IMG/VR virus record: IMGVR_UViG_2654588115_000001
Location: 1 to 64,000 of that record
DNA: 64,000 bases
From: a virus
Lineage: Duplodnaviria > Caudoviricetes
Direction: 5' to 3' (one strand)
Positions 39,757-49,700 of this stretch are shown one piece after another (position 1 is the stretch's first letter; every line of letters begins with the position of its first letter). The position numbers and the translations under genes were made by a program. The notes beneath the pieces were generated by a model. The model worked only from the letters and a program-made list of their open reading frames with translations. It was not told the origin of the DNA and did not search any database.

Positions 39757-40361
39757 AATGCAGCAACTCCTAGTTCCTTCGCATATGGCAAGCCCTTGAT
39801 AAATTCATCGCAGAACCATCGCCACTGCGGTAATCTGTGATTCTTTCTCTGATAAAAAATGGTTCGTAGCTGTGCGTAGTTCGTGCTAATCCCTGCGCCA
39901 AGACATACCCCTTCCGGCATATTCGCCTTTACCCGCAGCAGATTTTCCTCGGTGGGATTCTCCGTGTAATCCTCCACGATAGCAAGAAACCGGTCAAGGA
40001 TTTTATCATCGACCAGACCATCCGACATACGGCGGTAATCCAATGCCTTGCCCCGGTGCATCGTGCTCTGGGAATTTTTCGTGGTGAAAACACCGTAGGT
40101 ATCGAACTGCGCCCAGAAATAACGCGGTGCCAATAGGTCGAAGGAAACCATAATCTGCCGCAGGAACTTATCATCACCATGACCAATGGGCGCGTGCCCC
40201 AGTGTTTTCCCAATGCGTAGCATATCTTCCACAGTACGCTTATCCAGTGTCATATCCTCATTGACTACCGTAGCCATCGGATAACCAGCCCGGATTAGAG
40301 CCTCACGAATCCCATACACCCGCACATTGAACACCTTGAACAACCTGTCATTCATCTGCAT
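39753..40361 (-). CDS. ThyX-like (flavin-dependent thymidylate synthase fold) protein
   Basis: GH.KFLR.I.V.FD, SQSTMH, TNYAQLRTI..QR..HRLPQW; next to dUTPase; lacks the canonical RHR motif. Confidence 0.6.
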   Translation of the reverse strand: MQMNDRLFKVFNVRVYGIREALIRAGYPMATVVNEDMTLDKRTVEDMLRIGKTLGHAPIGHGDDKFLRQIMVSFDLLAPRYFWAQFDTYGVFTTKNSQSTMHRGKALDYRRMSDGLVDDKILDRFLAIVEDYTENPTEENLLRVKANMPEGVCLGAGISTNYAQLRTIFYQRKNHRLPQWRWFCDEFIKGLPYAKELGVAAF

Positions 40362-40527
40362 ATTTCAGTTTCCCCCTTTCCACGTCCACTACCGCACCAC
40401 TGCACAGCTTTACCTTCGCCACACCATTGACATGGCCCTTGTATATTCCTGTGAGCCTCCAAGGAGCACCGCAGGAAAGCCGTTCCTGCCACTCCACCCG
40501 GTCGCCCACCCTAAATTTCGTCTGCAT
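40348..40527 (-). CDS. small SH3-like hypothetical protein
   Basis: KFRVGDRVEW motif. Confidence 0.5.
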   Translation of the reverse strand: MQTKFRVGDRVEWQERLSCGAPWRLTGIYKGHVNGVAKVKLCSGAVVDVERGKLKYADE

Positions 40528-40674
40528 CCCAGTTCTGTTTCTCAATACCATCAATCTCCAGCTCAATATCTTCTTGATTTTCATTAATAAATTCAAATGC
40601 TTTTTCATAGGCCTCATTTTCATCATGGCCAGCCACAAAGAAATTCCCCTTGACGGTCACATAATATTCCTTCA

Positions 40675-40860
40675 TCAATCCTTTGTCCTCATATAAAGGT
40701 CAATGACACAGGCCGCCATAGATAGCACCTGCAAACAAAGAACACCACAGAAAAACATCACCGAAAATTCATCTGCTCCCGTCGGTATCGAGGATAGGGA
40801 GAGGATAGCCCCCAGCCCTATCAAGATACCGGACACAAAGCCCGAATCAAAGGAAGTCAA
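40675..40860 (-). CDS. small two-TM membrane protein
   Basis: GGAGG RBS, TTGA overlap, two hydrophobic segments. Confidence 0.55.
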   Translation of the reverse strand: MTSFDSGFVSGILIGLGAILSLSSIPTGADEFSVMFFCGVLCLQVLSMAACVIDLYMRTKD

Positions 40861-41375
40861 CCTACTGCCTCCACCATCAGTCTATTGAGCTCGTCGCGCA
40901 AAGCATCAATTTCAGTGGAAAGTTGCCTAATTTTGGCAACAATTTCGTCTTCCTCGTCACTGCCAAGCGGCATCGGACCACCATCGAATAGGCAGCCCAG
41001 TTCATACATGGACAGCGCATCGCCCACACAGTCTACAACATCACCGTCAATGAGTTCATACGGTCCATCTTCCAATTCTCCACCATCGCAATCCTCGATA
41101 TTGAAGGGAACCCCCTCACGAACACCGAGGGCATAAAAAGCGTTTTCTCGCGGTGACAGCGGCTCAACTTCGTCGTAAGTCACGTTACAACAATGCCCAG
41201 GATGCCGTAGCAGGCTTCTGTCAATCTCACCGCTATGCCCCTCAAATTCAGCATCGAACTCCACAGTCAATATTTCTTCGCGACCGCCGACAATAACGCC
41301 GATTTTGCCAATGAGCGCATCGTCTTCCTCACCGATATATCTTACGCGCTGACCAATATAAAACTTATTTTCCAT
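40857..41375 (-). CDS. acidic hypothetical protein
   Basis: Probable start MENKFYIGQRVRY (ATG 41375) overlapping the rusA end. Confidence 0.6.
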   Translation of the reverse strand: MENKFYIGQRVRYIGEEDDALIGKIGVIVGGREEILTVEFDAEFEGHSGEIDRSLLRHPGHCCNVTYDEVEPLSPRENAFYALGVREGVPFNIEDCDGGELEDGPYELIDGDVVDCVGDALSMYELGCLFDGGPMPLGSDEEDEIVAKIRQLSTEIDALRDELNRLMVEAVG

Positions 41376-41781
41376 TTGCATCGTCCTTCCAATAACCACT
41401 CCACTTATCAACCTCTGGGTCATAACGCCGGAACACCATTTCCAGCCGGGGATTTTCCCTGTCCAGACCAAAGTCAATATACCGTGGCAGCACCATCTTA
41501 TCGTCTTTGTAAATAATGCCCTCCAGGGCATCCAGTAGCACCTTCGCCCCATTGTGAACATCATGGCGGCGGCGGTCCTTCCAGTAGGTCATTATGTCAA
41601 CAACTAGCTTTTCATCGGTGGTCATTGCCCACCCTTGTTTCTCGCAGGCCTCCATTGCCAGTGTCCTCGTGCGTTCCACCCACGCTTTTGCATCTTTTTT
41701 CAAAATGCGCATACCATTCCGCGCGGTAAAGAACGCATGATTCACACTAGGAGCCAGCTCCGTAACCAGTCTAAGTTCCAA
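41365..41781 (-). CDS. rusA: RusA-family Holliday junction resolvase
   Basis: PSVN, D.RRHDVHN..K.LLDAL.G....DD motif. Confidence 0.88.
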   Translation of the reverse strand: MELRLVTELAPSVNHAFFTARNGMRILKKDAKAWVERTRTLAMEACEKQGWAMTTDEKLVVDIMTYWKDRRRHDVHNGAKVLLDALEGIIYKDDKMVLPRYIDFGLDRENPRLEMVFRRYDPEVDKWSGYWKDDANGK

Positions 41782-41871
41782 TCAGAGTCCTGCAACCTTG
41801 AAATCATCCCATTTAGGAATCTTTACATAATCGCCAAGTTTATTTTTCATTACACATAATACCTTTCTTAT

Positions 41872-42234
41872 TTAACATTCATAGCCAACAAAAAGTCCCT
41901 GCTCCTTCATCGCCCCGAATATTGCCACCAGTACCGGCACACAAATGGAGTTGCCGGCCTGTTTATAGAGCTGGGTATCTGAAAGCCCATTGGCCGACAA
42001 CATATCGGCATCCTCCTTGGCAAAACCTTGGAGCGCAAAACATTCTCTAGGGGTAAGTTTTCTAATTCTACCGTCTACCATTATTCCCTCCGCACAACTG
42101 CAACTTAATGTGTGAGCACATCCCTCTATGATTCTCCCACGGCGTTTCCCATGCGGAAAATCGAGGGCTAGTCCGTCATACTCTTTGCCCACTGCATAAC
42201 CTCGCTTCGTATTGTTCCTTGCGTAGTAAATCAA
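41872..42234 (-). CDS. split C5-MTase part 4: TRD plus motifs IX-X
   Basis: RRGR...AHTL; RKLTPRECFALQGF (IX); LYKQAGNSICVPV (X); TTG start overlapping upstream TGA. Confidence 0.85.
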   Translation of the reverse strand: MIYYARNNTKRGYAVGKEYDGLALDFPHGKRRGRIIEGCAHTLSCSCAEGIMVDGRIRKLTPRECFALQGFAKEDADMLSANGLSDTQLYKQAGNSICVPVLVAIFGAMKEQGLFVGYEC

Positions 42235-42560
42235 CTATCCACCAACACTTTCGGTATGTTGTTCCCTCCGGACCCCGTAGGGAGCGTAGGCGCAACACCA
42301 TTCGTGCCATAGACACGTCTTAGATAATCATGGCCACTAATAGTGGTCACTGTACCCTCACGAACAATACCATCATTAATCCCCTGCGGACTGGCGAAGG
42401 AAACAAAGCCCTTCAACTTTTCATCCGAGAGGAAATACCGTTCCGCAACATCGCGGTCACAAACATCCTGCAAATGAATTTCCAGCGGAACCGGCTGCGG
42501 AAACTTAAATCCCAGTAGCGGTATATCCACCCTATTCATTGCCCTCTGGACTTTATTCAC
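42231..42560 (-). CDS. split C5-MTase part 3: linker plus TRD module B
   Basis: FKFPQ...LQDVCD.DV..RYFLS linker; RVY...GVAPTL.T.SGG.N.PKV TRD motif. Confidence 0.75.
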   Translation of the reverse strand: MNKVQRAMNRVDIPLLGFKFPQPVPLEIHLQDVCDRDVAERYFLSDEKLKGFVSFASPQGINDGIVREGTVTTISGHDYLRRVYGTNGVAPTLPTGSGGNNIPKVLVDS

Positions 42561-42864
42561 CCAGGAACACCATCCTTGGGGCCTTGTATTCGGTAGCTGC
42601 AAGACAGGGTACAATAGATTTCAAATGACATACTTCGTAGTGCTGATGAACCTTACCATCATTCAGCGCAAGGCCAAAGACAAAATTCTTATTTGTCATT
42701 GGAGTAATGCGGCCATACCACATATCTGCCATGTAATATTTTCCAGGGACATCATCATCTAAAATATCCCCCAATGTCTTTACTCCGGGCTTTCCTTGCG
42801 GAAATTCAAAGGAAAGCGAGGGAATCATCCGCACATTTTCCTGTGCGCGTTCAAGACTGGTCAA
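42553..42864 (-). CDS. split C5-MTase part 2: linker plus TRD module A
   Basis: FEFPQ...LGDILDDDVPGKYY linker; PCLAATEYKAP TRD motif; TTGA coupling. Confidence 0.75.
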   Translation of the reverse strand: MTSLERAQENVRMIPSLSFEFPQGKPGVKTLGDILDDDVPGKYYMADMWYGRITPMTNKNFVFGLALNDGKVHQHYEVCHLKSIVPCLAATEYKAPRMVFLGE

Positions 42865-43385
42865 TCGGCAAGCCTCGACACACAGAAGATGCGCTCTCTG
42901 CTCTGCGGCACACCGTAGTCCTTGGCATTAAGGGTATCAAAGGAAGATTCATAGCCCATCTTGGCCAGCTCTTCCAGATATTCCTTGAACACAGGCAGAT
43001 GCTTTTCCGAGAGCACATTCGGAACATTTTCCCACAAAACGAATTTAGGCTTCTTCGCCCTCACAATTTCCACCGTGTTCCAGAGTAAGGAAGAACGAGT
43101 CCCCGAACCTTTTACACCACCTTCTCCACGGCCGGCCACAGAAAATGACTGACAGGGAGAACCATGGAATACCATATCAAAATCTGGAAGCTCCTCCGGC
43201 ACAATCTTTGTAATATCCCCGAGATTCATACTCTCCGGCACATTATGCAACAGGGAATAACTGCGGCTGGCAAACTTATCAATCTCACAGTAAGCCACCA
43301 GTTCAAAGGGAATCCCTGCTTTCTTCAAGGCCATTTCCGGGGCTCCAATACCAGAAAACAAACTCAATAATCGTAATTTCTTCAA
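42861..43385 (-). CDS. split C5-MTase part 1: catalytic motifs I-VIII
   Basis: SLFSGIG (I), GSPCQ (IV), ENV (VI), QSRERIF (VIII), then stop. Confidence 0.9.
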   Translation of the reverse strand: MKKLRLLSLFSGIGAPEMALKKAGIPFELVAYCEIDKFASRSYSLLHNVPESMNLGDITKIVPEELPDFDMVFHGSPCQSFSVAGRGEGGVKGSGTRSSLLWNTVEIVRAKKPKFVLWENVPNVLSEKHLPVFKEYLEELAKMGYESSFDTLNAKDYGVPQSRERIFCVSRLAD

Positions 43386-44257
43386 GACTTACCTCCGTAA
43401 TTCTCCTGCCAATAAGGGCAGAACTCATGTACATCACACCAGTCACGGCATTTTCTGTCCGGATAGGACTTGGAATTATCCCAGCGGTCACGCTTGTTGC
43501 AGACCGGAGGAATCTCGCCGCTTTCCAATGCTTTCATCAACGCATCATATTTGGCCTTCATATAGGTACGAACCCATTTCAGCGAAATAAAGTGAATCGG
43601 AACGATGTACCCTGCCTGGGTAATCCCGTACTTCTTCGCCGTGGCATCCACACCACCTCGGACAAACATATTGACATTGATTGCTTTGACATGAATCCCA
43701 TGCTTCTCCATGAGATAGCGGTAGTAATTAAGCTGAATGGCAATCTCGCGCACATCACGGATGCCACCAGGCTCAAATACCTGCTCCCACTTTTCCTTGC
43801 CCTTGTCCTTGCCACGGGTAACGATTCTGCTGCGCCACTTCGGCTTAAAGCCTAGAGCCTTTGAAATACGAAAAGCCCCAAAGAACTTCCAATCCCACAG
43901 AATCTGATTTTTGCAGTCATAGGCATCAAACTGTCCGGAGGTTATATCGTCCTCCAGGCGAACTTCCGCCAACCAACCATTCGGCTGATTATCCTCGAAA
44001 GCCTTGTGGCTGTTCGTGCCAATCATCGCCGCAATCCCCCCCATAGGGTCGATAGCATAATCATGGACGATTTCAAGGTAAGTCTGTCTGGTCGGCTTGA
44101 TGAGCTGCGTAACGCTCGGCTTACCAAACCAATGCCTTGTACTGTCCACCGCCGCCGTCAACGCCGGCAAACTCATACAACGCTGGTCGCAATGCTTTAA
44201 GCACTGCTCAAAAGGAATCTTCTCCCCGGCATTACACCGGAAGAACTTTGCTGGCAC
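43382..44257 (-). CDS. PD-(D/E)xK (Cas4/AddB-like) exonuclease
   Basis: IGT..H, E......G.FD, DWK, QLN.Y, C-terminal C...C..C.....CP. Confidence 0.8.
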   Translation of the reverse strand: MPAKFFRCNAGEKIPFEQCLKHCDQRCMSLPALTAAVDSTRHWFGKPSVTQLIKPTRQTYLEIVHDYAIDPMGGIAAMIGTNSHKAFEDNQPNGWLAEVRLEDDITSGQFDAYDCKNQILWDWKFFGAFRISKALGFKPKWRSRIVTRGKDKGKEKWEQVFEPGGIRDVREIAIQLNYYRYLMEKHGIHVKAINVNMFVRGGVDATAKKYGITQAGYIVPIHFISLKWVRTYMKAKYDALMKALESGEIPPVCNKRDRWDNSKSYPDRKCRDWCDVHEFCPYWQENYGGKS

Positions 44258-44301
44258 TAAGCCTCTAACCCCTTATAAATCAACGCGTTTCCTCCTTTAG
44301 T

Positions 44302-44365
44302 ACATGTATACCATTACGCCATTACACAGTTATACCATTATAACGGCGTAACGCTATACCATTGT
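44302..44365. repeat. octamer array 8 (8 units)
   Basis: acatgtat accattac gccattac acagttat accattat aacggcgt aacgctat accattgt. Confidence 0.85.
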
Positions 44366-44435
44366 TATGTACTTCCTTAATACATTTATTATTATAAATA
44401 TGTAAAATGATAAAGTCAAGAGTGTATTTCTTATT

Positions 44436-46430
44436 TTACATTCCTTCCGTAACTTTTTCGCTTAACCGTGAAGTTGCCGGATTATAGACCAGGGTAAATA
44501 ACTCGTCCTCACTGCGCCGCTCTCTGGCCTTTACCAACTTAATCATTGAGTCGTACTTATACTTTTCCTTGTCGAGGGGCGAAAGAGTAGAATCCAAAGC
44601 CCTGCGCCACAGCAGGAACACATAGTCACCAGAGTCACCAATGGCACCGGAACCACGCAAATCCTTCTGCTCTGGCTCATGCCATTTACCGCCCTGCTCC
44701 TTGCCCTGACCTGCCTTGGATAACTGCGACAGAACCACGAACAGAACATTGAGCTTCTTGGCAAAGTCCTTGGTCCGCTCTGCCATCAATTCTTCGGCAG
44801 CAATGGTATCACGCCCACGCATCTTTTGGAAATAATCTACCGCCACAATATCAACGCCCTGCACACGGGTATTCATCAGATTGACATATTCCTCCATGCC
44901 ATCCAATGTCAGACCAGGCTTATCTACAATATACAGGCACTGCTCCAGCTTATCCTTGATAAGCCCATAGGTGTCCGGATGCTGCCGAATATACTCCGGC
45001 ACTTCATACCGTCGCGTCTGCACAATTTTCGCCACAAGGATTTTCATTATATCCTCCTTCGGCATTTCCAACGAGAAGAACAGAACCGTTTTTCGTAGCT
45101 TCACCGTCCAATACAGAATCCACTCCAGAAGATTTTCCGTCTTACCAGAGTTGGATGCAGCACCGAGGATAACCACATTCTTGCGCTTGAATTTTGCCGC
45201 CTTGTCGATATTCGGAAAGCCCACGCCGAAATATTCTTCGTCGCGCAATGACTCCAACGCCCGGAATGAATCCGTAGCACTGGCAATATCTTTCAGCTTT
45301 TCTTCCGTGGTATCATCTTTAAGATTCAGCAGGGCCTTGACCACATCAATTCCCTTCCCCCAGGTCCTCGCCAAAAGCTCAGCTATATCCTGCAATACCA
45401 CTGGATTCCCCACTGTTCTCACATAGTCCAGAATGTTCCGCTCCTGCACCTCCCTGTCCTCTTCCTCGGCTATCATTTCCATAACCACATAGAGGTCTAT
45501 CGGCAGATAAATACAATCCGCAGCAATATCTTTCCCACCAATAAGCATATCATTAAAGTCTTTGTACCCATCCGGGATTACTGCCACTTTAACCACGGTT
45601 TTCGGCGCATGGTTTTTGAACAAATCCCTTGCCCGGCGCACGAACTTCGATGCCTTGCCATCATTATCCGGGCAGAGCACCACCTTGCTGTTCTCCACCG
45701 TTTTCAACATCCCCTTGATGCGTTCCACATGGCTTTTGGTTATGCTGATGCCACAGTAAGCCACGCAGCAATTCCCCTGCTGCACCGCAGACATACAATC
45801 AAAAGCTCCTTCGGCAAGCATAAGTGTCCGCGTTTCCTTCAAATTCTTTTGCGCCTGGGGCAAACCAAAGAGAAATTCTCCCTTGGTAAACAGCCCTTTC
45901 ACGTTCTTACTATTTTTGTACTTCGGCTTTCCCTCAAAGAATCGATACAGAAACGCCACCGGTCGATGCCATTCATCAAACATAGGGATTGTCAGTGCCT
46001 TTAACTTATCGGAATACCCCAGCTGATAGGCTTCGATGGTTTCATCAGTAAGCCCACGCTTATGCAGATAATCCACCACAGTCGGCAATTCTTTACGCAT
46101 CCGTCCAATCCACTCGTCATTTCGTTGGACAATCGAGCTGTGCTCCCGGTACTCGTCCGTATCGCTGATGGTCAGGCCAAAATCATCACACAGGGTATGA
46201 ATGGCGGTTTCAAAACTGCAACCGTCACGCCCCATAACATAGCGGATTATATCGCCACTGCTATGGCAGCCAAAGCAATAATACCGATTATCCGGGTAAA
46301 CCACGAAAGCCGTATCATTATGCCCACCGTGGATTGGGCAGGCGCAGCGATAAGTTCCGTCGCTCTGCAATTTCAGTTCGGGGATATACTCTACCAGTGA
46401 TTTCCCCCGGATAACATCCACAATATTCAA
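44436..46430 (-). CDS. DNA primase-helicase (CHC2 zinc finger + TOPRIM + DnaB-like helicase)
   Basis: CPIH...CFGC, KYKNS, EGAFD, DND..G, KDFND; GAASNSGKT, FSLEM, VDYFQ, LSQL, DLRGSG. Confidence 0.92.
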   Translation of the reverse strand: MNIVDVIRGKSLVEYIPELKLQSDGTYRCACPIHGGHNDTAFVVYPDNRYYCFGCHSSGDIIRYVMGRDGCSFETAIHTLCDDFGLTISDTDEYREHSSIVQRNDEWIGRMRKELPTVVDYLHKRGLTDETIEAYQLGYSDKLKALTIPMFDEWHRPVAFLYRFFEGKPKYKNSKNVKGLFTKGEFLFGLPQAQKNLKETRTLMLAEGAFDCMSAVQQGNCCVAYCGISITKSHVERIKGMLKTVENSKVVLCPDNDGKASKFVRRARDLFKNHAPKTVVKVAVIPDGYKDFNDMLIGGKDIAADCIYLPIDLYVVMEMIAEEEDREVQERNILDYVRTVGNPVVLQDIAELLARTWGKGIDVVKALLNLKDDTTEEKLKDIASATDSFRALESLRDEEYFGVGFPNIDKAAKFKRKNVVILGAASNSGKTENLLEWILYWTVKLRKTVLFFSLEMPKEDIMKILVAKIVQTRRYEVPEYIRQHPDTYGLIKDKLEQCLYIVDKPGLTLDGMEEYVNLMNTRVQGVDIVAVDYFQKMRGRDTIAAEELMAERTKDFAKKLNVLFVVLSQLSKAGQGKEQGGKWHEPEQKDLRGSGAIGDSGDYVFLLWRRALDSTLSPLDKEKYKYDSMIKLVKARERRSEDELFTLVYNPATSRLSEKVTEGM

Positions 46431-46479
46431 AAGGCATCCCTCCTACGAAAAAAAACCCCGCATCTAACGGGGCTTCACC

Positions 46480-46662
46480 TTATTTGTCACTCTTGGCCCT
46501 GCGGCTATTACGGTGTGCGACCATTTCAGCCTTGGCCTTTGCTGCTACACACTTCATCTGTTCCCTGTGATGATGCGGAGCCACTTCCTCGTTTCTCCGC
46601 TTGTAGCGGTGGCTCATATTGAATTTCTTAGCCAGCTTAACAAGGTCCATTTTTTTTACCAT
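46480..46662 (-). CDS. small basic hypothetical protein
   Basis: GGAGG RBS. Confidence 0.55.
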   Translation of the reverse strand: MVKKMDLVKLAKKFNMSHRYKRRNEEVAPHHHREQMKCVAAKAKAEMVAHRNSRRAKSDK

Positions 46663-46665
46663 TCA

Positions 46666-46947
46666 TTATTCCTCCATCTTTTCTATGATTCGTTCATTTG
46701 CTTCTTCAACTATTTTTACGGCTAGATATGTACCCAATTCCATAAGGCCCAATTCGGGAACATCATGTTCTTTAACGGCGGTATCTAGGAACGTGGCTCC
46801 CAGATGAATCGCAGCAAGCCCCAACGGCATCTGACCATCACCAGAATATATGATTTCACCTTCTGATTCGGGGAAGCCAAGGACGATAATGCCCTTCATT
46901 CCTGTTTCCATGCGGATTTTTTCTGCAATCTTTTTCATCGTCACCAT
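46666..46947 (-). CDS. hypothetical protein
   Basis: Operon packing; start uncertain. Confidence 0.5.
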   Translation of the reverse strand: MVTMKKIAEKIRMETGMKGIIVLGFPESEGEIIYSGDGQMPLGLAAIHLGATFLDTAVKEHDVPELGLMELGTYLAVKIVEEANERIIEKMEE

Positions 46948-47252
46948 TCCTTCAACAATTCCAGATAATCTTCGATATGTGTTTCGGCGATTTTCGCCGT
47001 CCGTTGCTTCTGATTCCACGCAGGAGCCTCATAGAACAGTCCCTTCATGGTAAGCCTTGGGTTACTCCCCGTTGCCACCAGATACTCGTGAAACAGATTC
47101 AATGCCGCCACATCCAACTTTTTGAAGAAGTTATAGACCTTAAAGAAATCACGGCTCGGCTTGCCTCCGACAAAAGCCCTCTTACCGATAGTCCCCAAGA
47201 ACTCCATCGCTAAGTGATGCGGTTTATTGCACTCACTCCATGACTTTGCCAT
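46941..47252 (-). CDS. hypothetical protein
   Basis: Probable start MAKSWSEC; operon packing. Confidence 0.55.
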   Translation of the reverse strand: MAKSWSECNKPHHLAMEFLGTIGKRAFVGGKPSRDFFKVYNFFKKLDVAALNLFHEYLVATGSNPRLTMKGLFYEAPAWNQKQRTAKIAETHIEDYLELLKEW

Positions 47253-47415
47253 TACCGAAATCAACCATCCCTTCCAACTGTTTCGCCAGGTTATCCAGCC
47301 TTCCACCAAGGATTCTCATAGCTTTACAGGTATGACTGCCCTCATGTAATGCCGCCATCCCACAAGCCAGTTCAGAAAGCCCTTCGATTTCGTACAAAAT
47401 GTCTTCTAATGCCAT
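47233..47415 (-). CDS. hypothetical protein
   Basis: GGAGGAG RBS before MALEDIL. Confidence 0.55.
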   Translation of the reverse strand: MALEDILYEIEGLSELACGMAALHEGSHTCKAMRILGGRLDNLAKQLEGMVDFGNGKVME

Positions 47416-47496
47416 AGATTGATATTCTCCTCCGTTATATGCAGGGAAAACCCGTGCGAGGAGCCATCCCCGCACGAGCCAAACCAGTGATATTGC

Positions 47497-48099
47497 TTAA
47501 ATAGGAACCTCCTCATCAGCAATACCGAAATCATCTGCCGGTTTATTCTCAGCCAGTTCAATACCGAACTCCGAGAAATCAGCGGCTCCACCCCGGTACT
47601 CAATCAACTTATCCACCGCCAGCTTTACGATATACAGATTGATACCGTTAGCACGGGCAGAAGCGTAGTAAGCACTGGGCTGGTAAAGCACACGCACCAT
47701 CGAGCCATCACCAATGGCAACATCTTTGTCGAGCTGGATGCGGCGCACCGTGTCAACTACAGGAACGAACCGTTGTTTTTCCTCACCGGTCTGCTTATCG
47801 CGATAGAAAGCACCAGTCTGGAAGAAGAAGTACAGCTCTCCGTTCTCCTGCTCTTTGTAACCGCAGGTAGCATCGGCAGACCATTTTTTCCCCTGGAACT
47901 TCTCGTTTTCCTTCGCAGCCGCAAGATAATCGTCACAGATTTTCTTCATCTTGGTTTCGGTTTCCTTATCAAAGGAAAGAGCCAGCTTGTACTTGCGTTT
48001 ACCCTCAAACTCGTCAAACCGGGTATTCACCTTTACCCAGTGGGCCTTGCCGGAGAAGGAAACAACGGGTTTCTCTGTTAAGTTGACATTAAGATTCAT
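47497..48099 (-). CDS. ssb: single-stranded DNA-binding protein (T7 gp2.5-like)
   Basis: OB-like G.A.W.KV, IGDGS.VRV, acidic tail DDFGIADEEVPI; AGGAG RBS; upstream of primase-helicase. Confidence 0.75.
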   Translation of the reverse strand: MNLNVNLTEKPVVSFSGKAHWVKVNTRFDEFEGKRKYKLALSFDKETETKMKKICDDYLAAAKENEKFQGKKWSADATCGYKEQENGELYFFFQTGAFYRDKQTGEEKQRFVPVVDTVRRIQLDKDVAIGDGSMVRVLYQPSAYYASARANGINLYIVKLAVDKLIEYRGGAADFSEFGIELAENKPADDFGIADEEVPI

Positions 48100-48135
48100 T
48101 AATTAGCAACACTCCTTTGAATTTACAAAGTATGT

Positions 48136-48351
48136 TTCTTATTTTACATAAAAAGCATACTAATTGACACTTGGTGTAAAATAAAAGAGGTGTTCCGTGT
48201 AAATATATGTACATTTACTTGACATGATTTAACAAGAACGCTATAATTACACGAGAAGCAGTTCTTATTTAACACCCGATGATGATTATTATAACAGTCC
48301 CCGGGTGAGAAGTCAACACTATTTCTATAAAAATGATGTTTTTATTTTACA
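48136..48351. promoter_or_regulatory. divergent immunity switch with three TGTAAAATAARAA-type operators
   Basis: Operators at 48136-48148, 48175-48187, 48339-48351; minus-strand TTGACT-17-TATAAT (48316-48288). Confidence 0.65.
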
Positions 48352-48386
48352 CTGTGTTGCTTTGACTAGACGAAAGGAAGATAACA

Positions 48387-48794
48387 ATGGAGAACAAACC
48401 GTATAAGAACAAGTGCCGCAACCGCATCAGAGAGTTGCGCATTGCACGCGGTCATAATTCTTTGCGGGGGTTCGCGGAGTTCATCAATACCCATCTAGGC
48501 TACGAAGTATCAGCCAGTGCTCTTTCCCAACTGGAACTCCATAGACGTGAGAACCCCTACTGGGAGCTTGTCGATGTATTATCCACTTACTTCGGCGTAA
48601 CCGCAGATTACCTCATGGGCAAAACAGACTATAATGTGAGGAAAGAAGAAGTTATCAAAGACCGGGAAGACAAAGTAACCAAATCCCCGGAAGAAGAACT
48701 TCTGATGCAGCAGTTCTACGATAAGATGCGTGAAATGTATGCAGAAAAGGAAAAGGCAAAAGAAGAACGCCGCGCCTTAAAAGAAGATAATTGA
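48387..48794 (+). CDS. XRE-family repressor
   Basis: NRIRELR...SLRGFA...SALSQLE...P......LS.YFGVTADYLMG; divergent from the replication operon. Confidence 0.85.
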   Translation: MENKPYKNKCRNRIRELRIARGHNSLRGFAEFINTHLGYEVSASALSQLELHRRENPYWELVDVLSTYFGVTADYLMGKTDYNVRKEEVIKDREDKVTKSPEEELLMQQFYDKMREMYAEKEKAKEERRALKEDN

Positions 48795-48918
48795 TTTTTT
48801 ACATCATAAAACCCGAAGGAAGACACACCGTATTCCTTCGGGTATTTTTTCGCTTATTTCTATATTGGTATAATTTCGTTATTATTGGCTTTATGTCAGT
48901 GTTTCTTAGAAACACCAA

Positions 48919-49086
48919 TCACACATCTTTGTGTTCCGTAATCATGCACACGCAAGCTGAAACCTTGTTCGCAATCACCCTAATTCCAGGGTGGACTGCC
49001 ATCAAATCTTCATCCTTGCAAAACGACCGTAGCAAATCTTCAACTTCGTAAAGTTCATCCAATAAGGCATGATTATTATCGTCCAT
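48919..49086 (-). CDS. 55-aa acidic protein
   Basis: AAGGAGG RBS and TTGACA promoter upstream; MDDNNHALLDELYEVEDLLRSFCKDED... Confidence 0.6.
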   Translation of the reverse strand: MDDNNHALLDELYEVEDLLRSFCKDEDLMAVHPGIRVIANKVSACVCMITEHKDV

Positions 49087-49429
49087 ATGTACCTCCTTAT
49101 GGTAGAGAAAAAATTCGGCGTTGGCATTTATCCGGATTCAACCAACCCGTCAAAGGACAATGTCTTTAACGTGAGTACTATAATAAGCCAAAACACGATA
49201 ATTGTCAACCGCAAAATTTGTAAATGTCAAAAAATCAATCAAAAATTAGCAGCCATCCGTATTGTGAAATTGGCAGAAGAATATAACCTCAATTTTTATC
49301 CGCGAAAAGCAAACTCTTAACAGGCTCATCTACTATAAAATCATTCATAAAAATATAAGTTTAAGAACTAAATAGGATGCAATCAAAATTCCCTTAACCC
49401 CTGTTTTTACTATGAAGATTGAAACCAGT

Positions 49430-49700
49430 CAAGGGAATTTAATTAAATGTAAAAGAAAATTTTCCATACGACATATTTCCGAAAAATCCTGCCTTAAAAA
49501 TCCAAAAAAAACAAGAAGTAATATTCCGACAAAACGTGAAACATGTGAAACAAAAACATAGCGAAAGAAGCAAGTAAACCAAGAAAAATCACAATAAAAA
49601 ACAATAGATAAGTCGCGACAAATTTGCGATAAAACCGATAATCTGAAACATATGTACACATACAATATACTAAGTAATGAAAATGAAAATGCCCCTTGGA
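49430..49700. other. A-rich strand-biased tract with repeated CGAHA words (putative unwinding/priming zone)
   Basis: acgaca, ccgaaa, ccgaca, gcgaaa, gcgaca, gcgata, ccgata embedded in A-tracts. Confidence 0.45.

Noticed and set aside
43382-44257. Cas4-like nuclease as part of a CRISPR system
   Set aside because: Stand-alone in the replication/recombination operon, as is common in phages; no cas1/cas2 or array
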